This document shows positions 21,054 to 32,300 of a stretch of 64,000 bases of DNA, piece by piece (the first letter of the stretch is position 1; each line of letters opens with the position of its first letter). This stretch comes from Alphaproteobacteria bacterium. Lineage in GTDB: Bacteria; Pseudomonadota; Alphaproteobacteria; DSM-16000; Inquilinaceae. The translations under genes were made by a program, and so were the position numbers. The DNA lies in assembly GCA_028277405.1 (NCBI GenBank), contig JANQGH010000078.1:31557-95556 (forward strand), written 5' to 3'. The notes below the pieces were generated by a model. The model did no database searches. It saw nothing but the letters and a program-made list of their open reading frames with translations, and was not told where the DNA came from.

Positions 21054-21995
21054 ATGGTCCGTTTCGTTGCGCGCCGGCTGGCGGCTTCGCTTGTAACGCT
21101 GATCCTGGCGAGCATCGTGGTGTTCGCCATGGTCCGCGCGGTGCCGGGCGATATCGTCGAGCAGATGCTCGGCCAGTTGGGCGGTACCGAAGGCGAGGCC
21201 ACGCTGCGCCGGTTCTTCGGCTTGGACCAGCCGATCTACCTTCAATATCTGGCGTGGCTGGGGGGTGCCGTTCAAGGTGATCTGGGTGTGTCGTGGCGGC
21301 TCGGCAGACCCGTCGCCGGCCTTGTGACATCGGCGTTTCTGGTTTCGTTTCAACTGTCGCTGCTGGTGCTGGTGATTTCGGCTGTCATCGGCGTTCCCGT
21401 CGGCCTGATCGTCGGCCGCCGCTCAGGCGGCGCGCTTGATAGCATCGTCCAGTCCTTCAATGTCGTGGCGCTGGCAACGCCTGTGTTCTGGATCGGCCTT
21501 ATGCTGCTGTTCGGCGTCTCGGAAGTGTTTTCCTGGTCGCCGCCAACAATCTACGTCTCGCCTTTTCGGTCGGTGGCCGACAATCTGACGATCCTGCTGC
21601 TGCCCATCCTCAGCCTGGCCTTCCTCCAGATCGCGGCCTACGCGCAGTTTGTGCGCCAGCACGTCATCGAAGCGCTGGGCCAGGAATATGTGCGGGCCGC
21701 CCGTGCGCGCGGCGTGCCGATGCGCCGGCTTTTGATGACCCATGTCTTGCGCAACATCCTGGTGCCGTTGTCGACGTTCATGGGGCTGATCTTCATCCAG
21801 ATTCTGGGCGGCGTGGTGGTCATCGAATCCATCTTTGGCCTGCCAGGCCTGGGCAGGCTGCTGGTCAATGCCCTCAACGCCCGCGACTTCCCGGTCGTGC
21901 AAGGGGCCCTGTTGGCGGTTCTTGTCGCCGCCATCACGGTCAATCTCATCGTTGACCTGTTCTATCGGGCCATCGACCCAAGACTGAGAACATGA
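21054..21995 (+). CDS. ABC permease (DppB/OppB-like)
   Basis: 313 aa. The N-terminus MVRFVARRLAASLVTLILASIVVFAMVRAVPGD is the conserved DppB-type start. Confidence 0.9.
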   Translation: MVRFVARRLAASLVTLILASIVVFAMVRAVPGDIVEQMLGQLGGTEGEATLRRFFGLDQPIYLQYLAWLGGAVQGDLGVSWRLGRPVAGLVTSAFLVSFQLSLLVLVISAVIGVPVGLIVGRRSGGALDSIVQSFNVVALATPVFWIGLMLLFGVSEVFSWSPPTIYVSPFRSVADNLTILLLPILSLAFLQIAAYAQFVRQHVIEALGQEYVRAARARGVPMRRLLMTHVLRNILVPLSTFMGLIFIQILGGVVVIESIFGLPGLGRLLVNALNARDFPVVQGALLAVLVAAITVNLIVDLFYRAIDPRLRT

Positions 21996-22813
21996 CCGCG
22001 GCCTTGACCATCTATTTGAAGTCCCGCCCGGGGCTGGTTGTCGGTGCCGTCATCATCATCGGTCTTCTAACGGTCGCCGCCGCGCCGGGCCTGTTCGCCA
22101 CCGATCCGCCCGAAGCCATCGACGTCTCCAATGCGCTTCAGGCCCCCTCCGCCGCGCACTGGTTCGGCACCGATCATGTCGGTCGCGATATCTATTCGCG
22201 CGTCGTCTACGGCGCGCGCACGACCTTGGGCATCGTGTCGGGCTCGCTGTTGCTGTCGGCGATTATTGGCGGCCTGGCAGGCGCGATCGCCGGCTATGTC
22301 AAGGGCTGGACCGACATCTCGTCGGGCCAGGTGATCGAGGTGATCCTGAGTTTTCCGCCGATCTTTCTCGGTGTGATGATCACCGGGATTCTCGGTGCCG
22401 ACATTGGCTTTCTCGTGCTCGCGCTGGCCGTCGTCTACCTGCCGCTGTTCTTTCGCGCCGCGCGTTCGGCAACCATGATTGAAAGCGCGCGGCCCTATGC
22501 GGAGGCCGCGCAAGCGCTGGGCGGCAGCCGCAGCCGCATCCTCTTGCGGCACCTTTTGCCGAACGTCGTGCCGAGCATCGGCACGCAGTACATCATCCTG
22601 TTTCCGCTTGCGCTGCAGGTTCAAGCAGCGCTGGGTTTTCTCGGGCTTGGCGTTCAGCCGCCAACGCCCGATTGGGGCGCAAGTCTTCAGGAAAGCAAGG
22701 ATTACCTGCTTTTCGCGCCATGGACGGCGCTGTTTCCGGGGCTGGCGCTGATCGTCGCCTCGCTGGCCGTCATTCTCGTGGGCCGCGGTCTGCAACACAG
22801 GAAAGGTCAATAA
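21992..22813 (+). CDS. ABC permease (DppC/OppC-like)
   Basis: 273 aa with a 4-nt overlap on the previous gene. The motif ...HWFGTDHVGRDIYSRVVYGAR... is typical of DppC. Confidence 0.9.
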   Translation: MTAALTIYLKSRPGLVVGAVIIIGLLTVAAAPGLFATDPPEAIDVSNALQAPSAAHWFGTDHVGRDIYSRVVYGARTTLGIVSGSLLLSAIIGGLAGAIAGYVKGWTDISSGQVIEVILSFPPIFLGVMITGILGADIGFLVLALAVVYLPLFFRAARSATMIESARPYAEAAQALGGSRSRILLRHLLPNVVPSIGTQYIILFPLALQVQAALGFLGLGVQPPTPDWGASLQESKDYLLFAPWTALFPGLALIVASLAVILVGRGLQHRKGQ

Positions 22814-22824
22814 GGAAGTCTGCC

Positions 22825-23697
22825 ATGGAGATCAGCTGCGTTGCACAAACCGAGGACAATCTCGGCGAGGGTGTTATCTGGAATCCCGGCGAGCAGAGCC
22901 TCTATTGGGTCGATGCCTATGGCCCGGCCGTGCATCGGCTTCGGCACGCCGGCGGCGATATCCGGTCCTGGACGCTGCCTGAAGTCATCGGTTCTCTGGT
23001 GTTCACCAGTGCCGGCGGAATCGTCGCCGGGCTGCAGTCGGGCTTCTGCCGGCTCTCGCTCGATCCGGTTGCGGTCGAACCGGTCACCAACCCTCAGCCG
23101 GGACCGGACGTTATCTTCAACGACGGCAAATGCGACCGGCGGGGACGCTATCTGGTCGGCACCATGGACCGCAATTTCACGCCGGGCGCCGGCAAGCTTT
23201 GGCGCCTCGATGCGGACTGGTCGACGCATATGCTCGACGACGGGATCACCATCTCGAACGGCCTGGGGTGGAGCCCGGACAACAAGACCATGTACTTCGC
23301 CGACACCCGCGCGCTGGTCGTCTACGCCTATGATTATGATATCGAAACAGGCGACGTCGCCAACAAACGGACGTTCTTTCGGACCGACGACATGGTCGGG
23401 CGCGTGGACGGCGCAACGGTTGATCGCGACGGCAATTACTGGTGCGCCATGATCCACGACGGTTCGATCTGCTGCTTCGATCCGAACGGCAGGCTGGACA
23501 GACGCATCGAGCTGCCGGTGAAGCACCCAACCATGTGCAGCTTCGGCGGGCCGAACCTCGACACGCTCTATGTGGTGACGAGCCGGCGCTTCCTCGACGA
23601 TGACGGCCTTCGCGAACAGCCGCTCGCCGGCAGCCTGTTCGCCATCACCGGCACCGGGGCGGTTGGCCTGCCCGAACCCTACTTCGCGGGCGAATGA
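22825..23697 (+). CDS. SMP-30/gluconolactonase/LRE-family lactonase
   Basis: The ATG at 22825 gives ...LGEGVIWNPGEQSLYWVDAYG.... Further motifs are ...NDGKCDRRGRYLVGTM..., ...SNGLGWSPDNKTMYFADT... and ...DGATVDRDGNYWCA.... Confidence 0.85.
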   Translation: MEISCVAQTEDNLGEGVIWNPGEQSLYWVDAYGPAVHRLRHAGGDIRSWTLPEVIGSLVFTSAGGIVAGLQSGFCRLSLDPVAVEPVTNPQPGPDVIFNDGKCDRRGRYLVGTMDRNFTPGAGKLWRLDADWSTHMLDDGITISNGLGWSPDNKTMYFADTRALVVYAYDYDIETGDVANKRTFFRTDDMVGRVDGATVDRDGNYWCAMIHDGSICCFDPNGRLDRRIELPVKHPTMCSFGGPNLDTLYVVTSRRFLDDDGLREQPLAGSLFAITGTGAVGLPEPYFAGE

Positions 23698-23698
23698 C

Positions 23699-24559
23699 AT
23701 GAAAGCGTGGCAGGCCATGAGCGCCGAAGAGCGGGAGTACCATTACAACCCGCAGAGGTCGGTGGCCGACTTTTCCAGCTTCCAGACCCATCGCAATCGG
23801 ATCAGCCAGATCTGTCGGCAGACCCTGACCGCGCATCTGGATGTCAACTACGGCGAGGGCAAGCTGCACGGTCTCGACATCTTCCCCGCTGACGCCGGGT
23901 CGCCGGTGCACATCTTCTTTCACGGCGGCTACTGGCGCGCCCAGGACAAGGCCAATTTCGCCTTTATCGCACGCGATCTCGTCCAACGCGGCGTGACCGT
24001 CGTTACGGCGAACTACGATCTTTGCCCCACCGTCACACTCGATGGCGTGACAGCGTCGGCGCTCGACGCCATCACATGGTGCCACCGCAACATCGCTGAC
24101 TATGGCGGGCGGCCCGACGCCATCAGCGTTTCGGGCAATTCAGCCGGCGCGCATCTCTGTGCCATGGCGCTGGCAACGGATTGGGGGCAGCGCGGGCTGC
24201 CGGGAGACCTGATCAAAGGGGCGGTCGTCATCAGCGGCGTCTATGATCCGGAACCGGCGCGCCATACCAGCGTGGCCGCCGACCTCAATCTCGACGATGC
24301 GGTGATCGCGCGCAACAACGCGCTTGCCTTGGCGCCGCATTCGCGCTGCCCGATCTGGATTTTCGCCGGCGGCAAGGAGCCTTGGGCTTGGGTCGATCAA
24401 AGCTTCGATTATGCCCGCCACCTCCGCCAGCATGATCGGGATCCCGAAGTGCACATCCTGCCCGGCTATCACCACTTCAACATCATGGATCAGTATCTTG
24501 ATCCGTCCAGCCCGATCGCCAAAGCGGTCTTGCTGGCCTGTCTCGGCAAACCGGCGTGA
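23699..24559 (+). CDS. Alpha/beta hydrolase (Abhydrolase_3 / arylformamidase-esterase type)
   Basis: The oxyanion motif HGGYW and the nucleophile elbow GNSAGAH are present. It starts 2 nt after the lactonase stop. Confidence 0.8.
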   Translation: MKAWQAMSAEEREYHYNPQRSVADFSSFQTHRNRISQICRQTLTAHLDVNYGEGKLHGLDIFPADAGSPVHIFFHGGYWRAQDKANFAFIARDLVQRGVTVVTANYDLCPTVTLDGVTASALDAITWCHRNIADYGGRPDAISVSGNSAGAHLCAMALATDWGQRGLPGDLIKGAVVISGVYDPEPARHTSVAADLNLDDAVIARNNALALAPHSRCPIWIFAGGKEPWAWVDQSFDYARHLRQHDRDPEVHILPGYHHFNIMDQYLDPSSPIAKAVLLACLGKPA

Positions 24560-24590
24560 TACCAACTTGCAATGACAATGACTCATGGGA

Positions 24591-24990
24591 CCGCGATGCC
24601 GAGGATCTGTTGGCCGAGCGGGTGTCGACGTCAGCTATGAGGCGGTTCGCCCGTGGGCATTGAAACTCGGCCCTCAGATTACAGGTCGCCTGTGACGGCT
24701 TCGGCACAGGCCAAGGACGACGAAGGCGAGGTGCTTGAGATCCTCGTCCAGCGTCGGCGGAACCGGGCCACAGCTGGCAGGTTGATGCGCACTCTGCCGA
24801 AAAAGCAGGGCTTGTGCCGTCCGTAGTCACAGCCGACAAGCCGGGCTGCTATGGAACTGCGTTCAACGATTTGGGCCTTTCAGCGCAACACGAGCAGGGT
24901 CTGAGGAAGAACAACCGGGCCGAAGTCTCACATCAGCCTAACCGCCGGCGCGAACGAAAGATGCTGCGGTTCAAATCGCACGGCTCGGCT
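24591..24990 (+). pseudogene. IS6-family transposase pseudogene (5'-truncated, frameshifted, internally deleted)
   Basis: Pieces lie in three frames: RDAEDLLAER / GVDVSYEAVRPWALKLGPQI / DDEGEVLEILVQRRRNRATAGRLMRTLPKKQGL / VPSVVTADKPGCYGTAF...GLRKNNRAEVSHQPNRRRERKMLRFKS. They match the conserved IS6-family transposase order. The N-terminus and the central DDE segment are missing, and no terminal inverted repeats were seen. Confidence 0.7.
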
Positions 24991-25043
24991 TGGATGTTCC
25001 GACCTGCCCCCTTTGAAGATGAGGAGCGACGCCGAAGAAGCTG

Positions 25044-25805
25044 CTAACGCTGAACCTCGACAAGGACGGCCTTGTCGCTTAGCGGGGGTCCCTTGGAGGC
25101 TTTGTCCCAAAAGGCAAAGAGTAAACTGACCGCATTCAGACCATACGCGATGGACTGGTTTCCACCCAGGTACTTTGCGGCGAACGCGCCCAATGAAGCG
25201 GCAAAGCTTGCGGTCGATGCGACTTTCTTCAGGAGGTGTCTTTGCGGGTCGTTCCATGAGAGCACGGCCTGGGCCCCTGAGAATCCGGTCGCCAGCAGGC
25301 TTAGTCCGGTGTCGATTTGTCCAAGCGAAGCATTGCCAAATACGCCGGATTCTGAAATCAGCGGTCTGGCGGCGGACATGGCCTTGGTGGCCAAGGCGGA
25401 CATCTCAACAGCATGCTGTTGGCGCTTCCTGGTGATGTCTCGCCAGTGATCATCGTGAACGACGGGTGATCGAGATGCAGGATGTGGGGTGCTGCCGGCG
25501 TGGCCCGTTTCGACGGCCTTGAGAATCGCCGGGTCATCGATTTTCCCTGGTCCCTGGTCAAGCAGCCATTGGGCGATACTGCCCGTCCCCAAGACGTAGT
25601 GGTCCGGAGTATCCGGCACGGAAATCAGCGGTGTCGACGCTCCGAGTTCTGGTGGTGCATCGGTTGCCGAGGCAACGGCCGAAACCTCCGAAGAGAGGAG
25701 TGCTTGTCGAAGCCATCCATAATGAGTTCCGCCAATGCCGATGATCCCGACATTGACTGATGGAAATGTCTTGAGGATTTCGTCAGTGGCTTTGTCGGCG
25801 GTCAT
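25044..25805 (-). CDS. Orphan hypothetical protein (253 aa), no family recognised
   Basis: This is the longest protein-like ORF in a lower-GC patch. Third-position GC in the first 22 codons is clearly lower than in neighbouring genes, and there is no Shine-Dalgarno sequence before the ATG. The C-terminal third has small-residue-rich hydrophobic segments (GLSLLATGFSGAQAVL, ASFAASLGAFAAKYLGG, AYGLNAVSLLFAFW). Confidence 0.4.
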   Translation of the reverse strand: MTADKATDEILKTFPSVNVGIIGIGGTHYGWLRQALLSSEVSAVASATDAPPELGASTPLISVPDTPDHYVLGTGSIAQWLLDQGPGKIDDPAILKAVETGHAGSTPHPASRSPVVHDDHWRDITRKRQQHAVEMSALATKAMSAARPLISESGVFGNASLGQIDTGLSLLATGFSGAQAVLSWNDPQRHLLKKVASTASFAASLGAFAAKYLGGNQSIAYGLNAVSLLFAFWDKASKGPPLSDKAVLVEVQR

Positions 25806-26080
25806 AGTCGGAGGAACCTGGCACGGTTTTCACGGGTGTCTGCACATGGCTGTCAATCCACTAGGCATTCGATTTTGGTCGTTTTCAAGTGAAAAAGTGG
25901 TGCGGAACTGGTCCAGATACGCGCAATTCGAAGCTGAAGAGACAGACTGCGCGACATTTGGAAGCACTGTCAGCCATCATTCCCGGTGCTTCGCCGCGGT
26001 TACGCCGAGGCGAAGATCAGGGCCAGCGTGCCTCAAAGGCCGGATGAGGCGCACCTGTTGGGGGTCTGCTACGGGCTGTC

Positions 26081-26155
26081 CCGCGAGGTTGCATGAGCAC
26101 TTTAAGGGTATCCTGCAAGTCGATGATTATGCGGGGTTTGAGAGGCTTGCCGAAA
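26081..26155 (+). mobile_element. Short IS66-family transposase fragment
   Basis: The translation ...PARLHEHFKGILQVDDYAGFERLA... resembles the conserved IS66 transposase motif (..F.G.LQ.D.YAGY..L). It is only about 25 codons long with no flanking transposase sequence. Confidence 0.45.
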
Positions 26156-26163
26156 GCGACGCG

Positions 26164-26343
26164 GCCAGCCTGATAGGTCGTGAAGGCGAGACTGACCTGC
26201 TGTTCCGCTAGCCAGGCGGGGAAGTGTCGTGACGCGGTGACCTCGAACGTGGCATCGGACGTCGCCTCGGGAAGGCTCTCAGCGGTTTCGCCAGACGCGC
26301 TTGGCTGCTGGCCTAATGCATCGGCGTCTGGGTCGACAGCCAT
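26164..26343 (-). pseudogene. Truncated N-terminal fragment of a TIGR03032-like conserved hypothetical gene
   Basis: The ATG at 26343 has a GGAGGTG Shine-Dalgarno sequence, 30 nt after the giant gene's stop. Residues ...TFEVTASRHFPAWLAEQQVSLAFTTYQAG match my recollection of the TIGR03032 N-terminal motif. Similarity stops at about 26164, where the antisense of the IS66 fragment begins. Confidence 0.5.
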
Positions 26344-26372
26344 GCCACCTCCAGTTTCAGGAGCACCTTAGC

Positions 26373-29300
26373 TTAGACAAGCAGGAAATCGTCATCGTGG
26401 AGTTCCGCCAGGTTCACGCCGAGCAGCGTGACACTGTCGTCGGCATCGAGGGCGATCACCACATCATCGCCAACCTGGCTCGCGGCCGTCAACACGTCGG
26501 CCCCATCGGCAAACCCGAACGCCGCGATGTCCAGGACATCGTCCGAACCGGCGCCGGCCTGGAAGTCTACAACCGTATCGTTGCCACTGCCGTCTGCGAA
26601 GATGAACAGGTCGTCGCCGACTGCACCGGTCATCCGATCGTCGCCCGCATCGCCGGTGATCGTGTCGTCGCCTTGGGCCGCGACGATAATGTCGGCATTG
26701 GCCGTGCCCACGAGGATGTCCGCGTTCGCCGTGCCCACGACGTCGACGGCACCCGTCGCGTTGTTGCCGAAGATGACGTAGCTTTCTCCGGCATTGCCGA
26801 TGCTGCCTTTGTCCGCCAGAAATGCGCTGACGATCAGGTCATCGAACCCGTCGCCATTTACATCGCCCGCGCCACTCACCGATCGACCGACACGATCGCC
26901 GATGTCAATGCCGTCGAGGCGGAAACCGTTGGTCCCGTCCAGTGTCGCAAGATCGATTGCCGGGTCGAACCCTCCCGCAGCGCCGAACACCACATAGCTT
27001 TCCCCGGCTGTCTCGTTACCATTGGGATCGCCGCGCACGGCGCCGATGATCACATCGTCGAAGCCGTCACCATTGAAATCGCCCGCGCCGCTGACGGACC
27101 AGCCCGCATCATCGACCGGATCAATGCCGTCGAGGCGGAAGCCGTTGGTCCCGTCCAGCGTCGACAGATCGATGTTGGCGGCAAATCCACCAGCGGCGCC
27201 GAAGACCACATAAGCTTCACCGCCTGGACTGGCCTTGTAAGCGCCGATGATGATGTCATCGAAGCCGTCACCGTTGACGTCGCCGGCATCGCTCACCGAC
27301 ACGCCTGAACGGTCGGAGGCATCGATGCCGTCCAGCCGGAAGCCGTTGGTGCCGTCGAGCGTCGACAGATCAAACGAAGCTGCGAAGCCGCCGGCGGCGC
27401 CGAACACCACGTAGCTCTCGCCCGCTTCGCCGTTGCCGCCGGGATCCGCCTGTCGTGCACCGATGATCAGATCGTCGAACCCGTCGCCATTGACGTCGCC
27501 GGCACTGCTGACCGAAACGCCCGAATAATCGTCGGCGTCGATACCGTCGAGCCGAAAGCCGTTACTGCCGTTGAGCGAGGCTAGATCGAGCGCCGGAGCA
27601 AAGCCGCCGGCGGCGCCGAACACCACATAGCTTTCGCCGGTGAAGCCGTTGCTGCCGGCTGCCCCGACGATCACGTCGTCGAACCCGTCTCCATTGATGT
27701 CGCCGGCACCGCTGACCGAATACCCAGAGGCGTCAACGCTATCGATACCGTCGAGCCGGAAGCCATTGGTACCGTCAAGCGACGCCAGATCAAGCGCAGG
27801 CGCAAAACCGCCTGCGGCGCCGAACACCACATAGCTCTCGCCGGCCAACGCGTCGCCGCCAGGGGCAGCGTAGACGGCGCCAATGATCAGATCATCAAAT
27901 CCGTCGCCGTTGACGTCCCCGGCATCGCTCACCGAGACGCCCGAGCGATCGGAAACATCGATGCCTTGCAGGCGAAAACCGTTGGTTCCGTCCAAGGTCG
28001 ACAGGTCAATCGCGTCGGGGAACCCGGCCGCGGCGCCGAATACCACGTAACTCTCGCCGGCTTCGTTGTTGCCGCCGGGGCTGGCGGCAAATGCGCCGAC
28101 GATGACGTCGTCGAACCCGTCACCGTTGATGTCACCCGCGCCGCTGACCGAAAAGCCCGAGCGATCATTGTTGTCAATGCCGTCGAGCCGGAAGCCGTTG
28201 CTGCCGGTCAGGTCGGCAAGCGATATGACGGCAGGGAAATCAATCGTCGCGGTAAGCTCGCTTTCGACAAGCACCGTCGCCTGGCCGAGGGAAAATGCCC
28301 TATAGGTGCCTGTCTCGCCCAGCGGGTCGATAACCGCCGCGCCCTCACCCCAGAGGCCCTCCAGCAGCACCGTGTCGGCGGCATCGCCCTTGATCAGGAT
28401 CGTGTTCGAGGTCGAGGACAGGCCAAGAACATCGAGCCTGTCGAGAACAATCGTGTTGGCCGTCGATCCGCCGAGGTCGATCTTCTCGACGTCGACGAGC
28501 CGGTTGTCGGAAAGAGATGGGGACGGACCAAGCGCATCGACATTGACCGTGTCGATACCCGACCCGAGATCGACCGCGAGGGCCCCATCCGGCCCGATCA
28601 CCGCGACATCGTCGCCGGCACCGCCGCGGAACGCGTCCAGGCCGCCACCGCCGATCATGAGATCATCTCCGAGGCCGCCGACGAAGCTTTCAGCAGCCAC
28701 CGTGCCGATCAGCGTGTCATTCGCGTCGCCGCCGAGGAATGCCACAGTGCCCGTGACGTCGCGGCCAAAGATCACGTAGCTTTCGCCGGCATCTACGGCA
28801 CTACCGGGATCGCCGCCAGGTGCGCCGATGATCAGGTCATCGAACCCGTCGCCATCGATGTCACCGGCGGAACTGACTGAGAAGCCCGCAGCGTCGACGA
28901 GGTCAATACCGTCAAGCCGGATCCCGTTGGTCCCGTCCAAGGCCGACAGATCAAGCGCGGCGCCAAACCCGCCCGCGGCGCCGAACACGACGTAGCTTTC
29001 ACCGGCACCTTCGACACCGCCTGGATCACCTCCGAAGGCGCCGATGATCAAATCATCGAACCCGTCGCCATTGAAGTCGCCGGCGCCGCTGACCGAATGA
29101 CCGGCGTTGTCGCCGTTCGCGATTCCGTCAATCCGGAAGCCATTGCTGCCGTCGAGCGTAGACAGATCGAGTGCCGGTGCAAAACCGCTGCCGGCACCGA
29201 ACACCACATAGCTTTCGCCGGCTGCATCATTTCCACCTGGATCACCTCCGGCGGCGCCGATGATCAGGTCGTCGAAACCATCGCCGTTAACATCGCCGGC

Positions 29301-32300
29301 ATTGCTGACGGAGTTGCCTGAGAGATCGCCTGCATTGATGCCGTCGAGCCGGAAGCCGTTGCTGCCGTCCAAAGTCGACAAATCCAGGAAACTGCCGAAG
29401 CCGCCCGCGGCCCCAAACACCACGTAGCTCTTGCCTGCGTTGGCGTCGCCACCCAGGTCAGCCTGCCGAGCCCCGATAATCAGGTCGTCGAACCCGTCGC
29501 CGTTGACGTCGCCGGCGTCGCTCACGGAAACGCCGGAGTAGTCGCCAGGGTCGACACCGCCTATGCGGAACCCAACAGTGCCGTTCAAACTGCCGAGGCT
29601 GAAGTCAGAAGGAAACGCGTTGGGGCCGCCGAATATCACGTAGCTTTCGCCGGCCTCGGCGTTGCCGGCCGGGTCGGCGCGTGCAGCGCCGATGATAACG
29701 TCATCAAAGCCGTCACCGTTGAAGTCGCCAACACCGCTCACGGAGTATCCCGACACATCGTTGTCGTCAATGCCGTCGAACCGGACCCCATTGGTCCCGT
29801 CCAGCGTCGACAGGTCGAGCACGGGTGCAAAGCCGCCCGCGGCACCGAACACAACATAGGTCTCGCCCGCCCTGTCGCTGCCGCCGGGGTCGCCATATAC
29901 GGCGCCGATGATCAGGTCGCCGAACCCGTCGCCGTTCACATCACCCGCGGAGCTCACGGAAACGCCCGAACGGTCGGACACATCGATGCCGTCCAGCCGA
30001 AAGCCGTTGGTACCATCCAGCGTCGACAGATCGACGGCAGCCGGGAACCCGCCCGCCGCGCCGAACACCACATAGCTCTCGCCGGCCTCGCTATTGCTGT
30101 TGGGATCGGCGAGGACCGCACCGATGATGATATCGTCAAACCCGTCGCCATTGACGTCCCCGGCGCTGCTCACGGACCGGCCTGAGATGTCGGAACCGTC
30201 AATACCATCGAGCCGGAAGCCGTTATTTCCGTCGAGGTCGGCAAGCGATATGACGGTTGGGAAAGCGACGGTCGCAGCCACCTCGCTCTCGACCAGCACG
30301 GTTGCTTGGCCGAGCGAGAATGCGGTGTATGTACCCGTCTCTCCAAGCGGGTCGACAATGTCCGCGCCCTGCGTCCAAAGACCGTCAAGCACGACCGCGT
30401 CACTGGCATCGCCCTTGATCAGAACCGTGTTGGAGGTCGAGGACAGGCCAAGGACGTCAAGCTTGCCGAGAGTCAGCGTATTGGCCGTGGAGCCGCCCAG
30501 GTCGACCTTCTCGACGTCGACGAACAGGGTGCCGGAGAAGGAGGGTGCCGGACCGAGCGCATCGACATTCACCGTGTCGATGCCCGACCCGAGATCGACC
30601 GCAATGGCTCCGTCGGCCCCGATGACCGCAATGTCGTCGCCGGCCCCGCCGCGAAATGCATCAAGGCCACCGCCGCCGACCATGAGGTCATTGCCAAGGC
30701 CGCCGACGAAGCTTTCGGCCGCCACCGTGCCGGTCAGCGTGTCGTCTGCGTCGCCGCCGAGGAACGCCACCGCGCCATTCACGTCGCCGCCAAGGATCAC
30801 GTAGCTTTCGCCGGCGCCTGGACCAGCTTGCAGGGTACCGATGATCAGGTCATCGAAGCCGTCGCCATTGATGTCGCCGGCTCCGTTGACCGAAATGCCC
30901 GATGCTTCGAAGGCATCGACGCCCTCGAGCCTGAAACCGTTGGTCCCGTCCAGTGTCGAAAGATCGAGCACCGGTGCGAAACCACCCAAGGTGCCGAATA
31001 CGACATAGCTTTCACCGGCAAACTCACTGCCGCCCGGATTGCTGCGGGCAGCGCCAATGATCAGGTCATCGACGCCGTCGCCGTTGAAGTCGCCGGCATC
31101 GCTTACCGAGATACCGGCACCATCGCCAGCATCGATACCGTCGAGCCGGAAGCCGTTACTGCCGTCCAACGCCTCAAGATCGAGCGTCGCGGAGAATCCG
31201 GTGCCTCCGAAAACGACATAGGTTTCACCGGCCTCTGCCTTGCCGCCCGGGTCGGCATTTGCGGCGCCGACGATCAGATCGTCGATCCCGTCGCCGTTCA
31301 CGTCGCCCGCGCCACTCACCGAGGCCCCCAAGGCGTCGCCGCCATCAAGAGCATCGATCCGGAAGCCGTTGTCGCCATTAAGGGTCGACAAATCCAAAGC
31401 ACCGCCGAAGCCACCCGCGGCACCAAACACCACGTAGCTGGCGCCGTCCCCTCCGTTGGCAGCGATTGCGCCGACAATCAGATCGTCGAACCCGTCGCCG
31501 TTGATGTCGCCGGCGTTGCTGATCGAAGCGCCTAGGGCGTCGCCGGCGTCAATGCCGTCAATACGGAAGCCATTGCTCCCGTTCAGTGCGCCGAGGTCCA
31601 GAGCGGCGGCAAAGCCTTCCGCGGCACCGAACACCACATAGCTTTCGCCGGCATCCTGGTTGCCACCCGGGTCGCCGCGAAACGCGCTGATGATAACGTC
31701 GTCAAGTCCATCGCCGTTGACGTCTCCGGCGCCGCTGACATTGATGCCTGCGAAGTCGCCGTCGTCGATGCCGTCGAGCCGGAAGCCGTTGCTGCCGTCG
31801 AGCGTGGACAGGTCGAACGCGGGCGCGAAGCCGCCGGCGGCGCCGAACACGACATAGCTCTCGCCGGATGCTCCATTGCCGCCCGCTTCACCGTAAGCCG
31901 CGCCAATGATGACGTCGCCAAATCCATCGCCGTTGACGTCGCCAGCACCACTGACCGCAATGCCCGATAAATTGCCGGGACCGATGCCGTCGAGCCGGAA
32001 ACCGTTGCTGCCGTCAAGGCTCGACGGATCGAAAACGGCAGGGAATCCATCGGCGGTGCCGAACACGATGTAGCTTTCGCCGGCATCCTCGTTGCCGTCC
32101 GGATCGCCTCGAGCTGCGCTGACGATGATGTCGTCGAACCCGTCGCCGTTGAAGTCCCCAGCACTGCTAACGGCCTGACCAAAGACGTCGGTATCGTCAA
32201 TGCCGTCGAGCCGGAAACCGTTGGCGCCAGTCAGGTCGGCAAGCGATATGACGGACGGGAAGCCGACGGTGACGGTAAGCTCGCCCTCAACAAGCACCGT

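Noticed and set aside
25072-26211. Plus-strand ORFs 25072-25449 and 25735-26211 as alternatives to the minus-strand orphan ORF
   Set aside because: Their translations are Cys/Trp/Arg-rich and not protein-like. The 25735-26211 ORF only acquires a recognisable motif where it crosses the ~25-codon IS66 fragment, so it is a fortuitous fusion rather than a gene.
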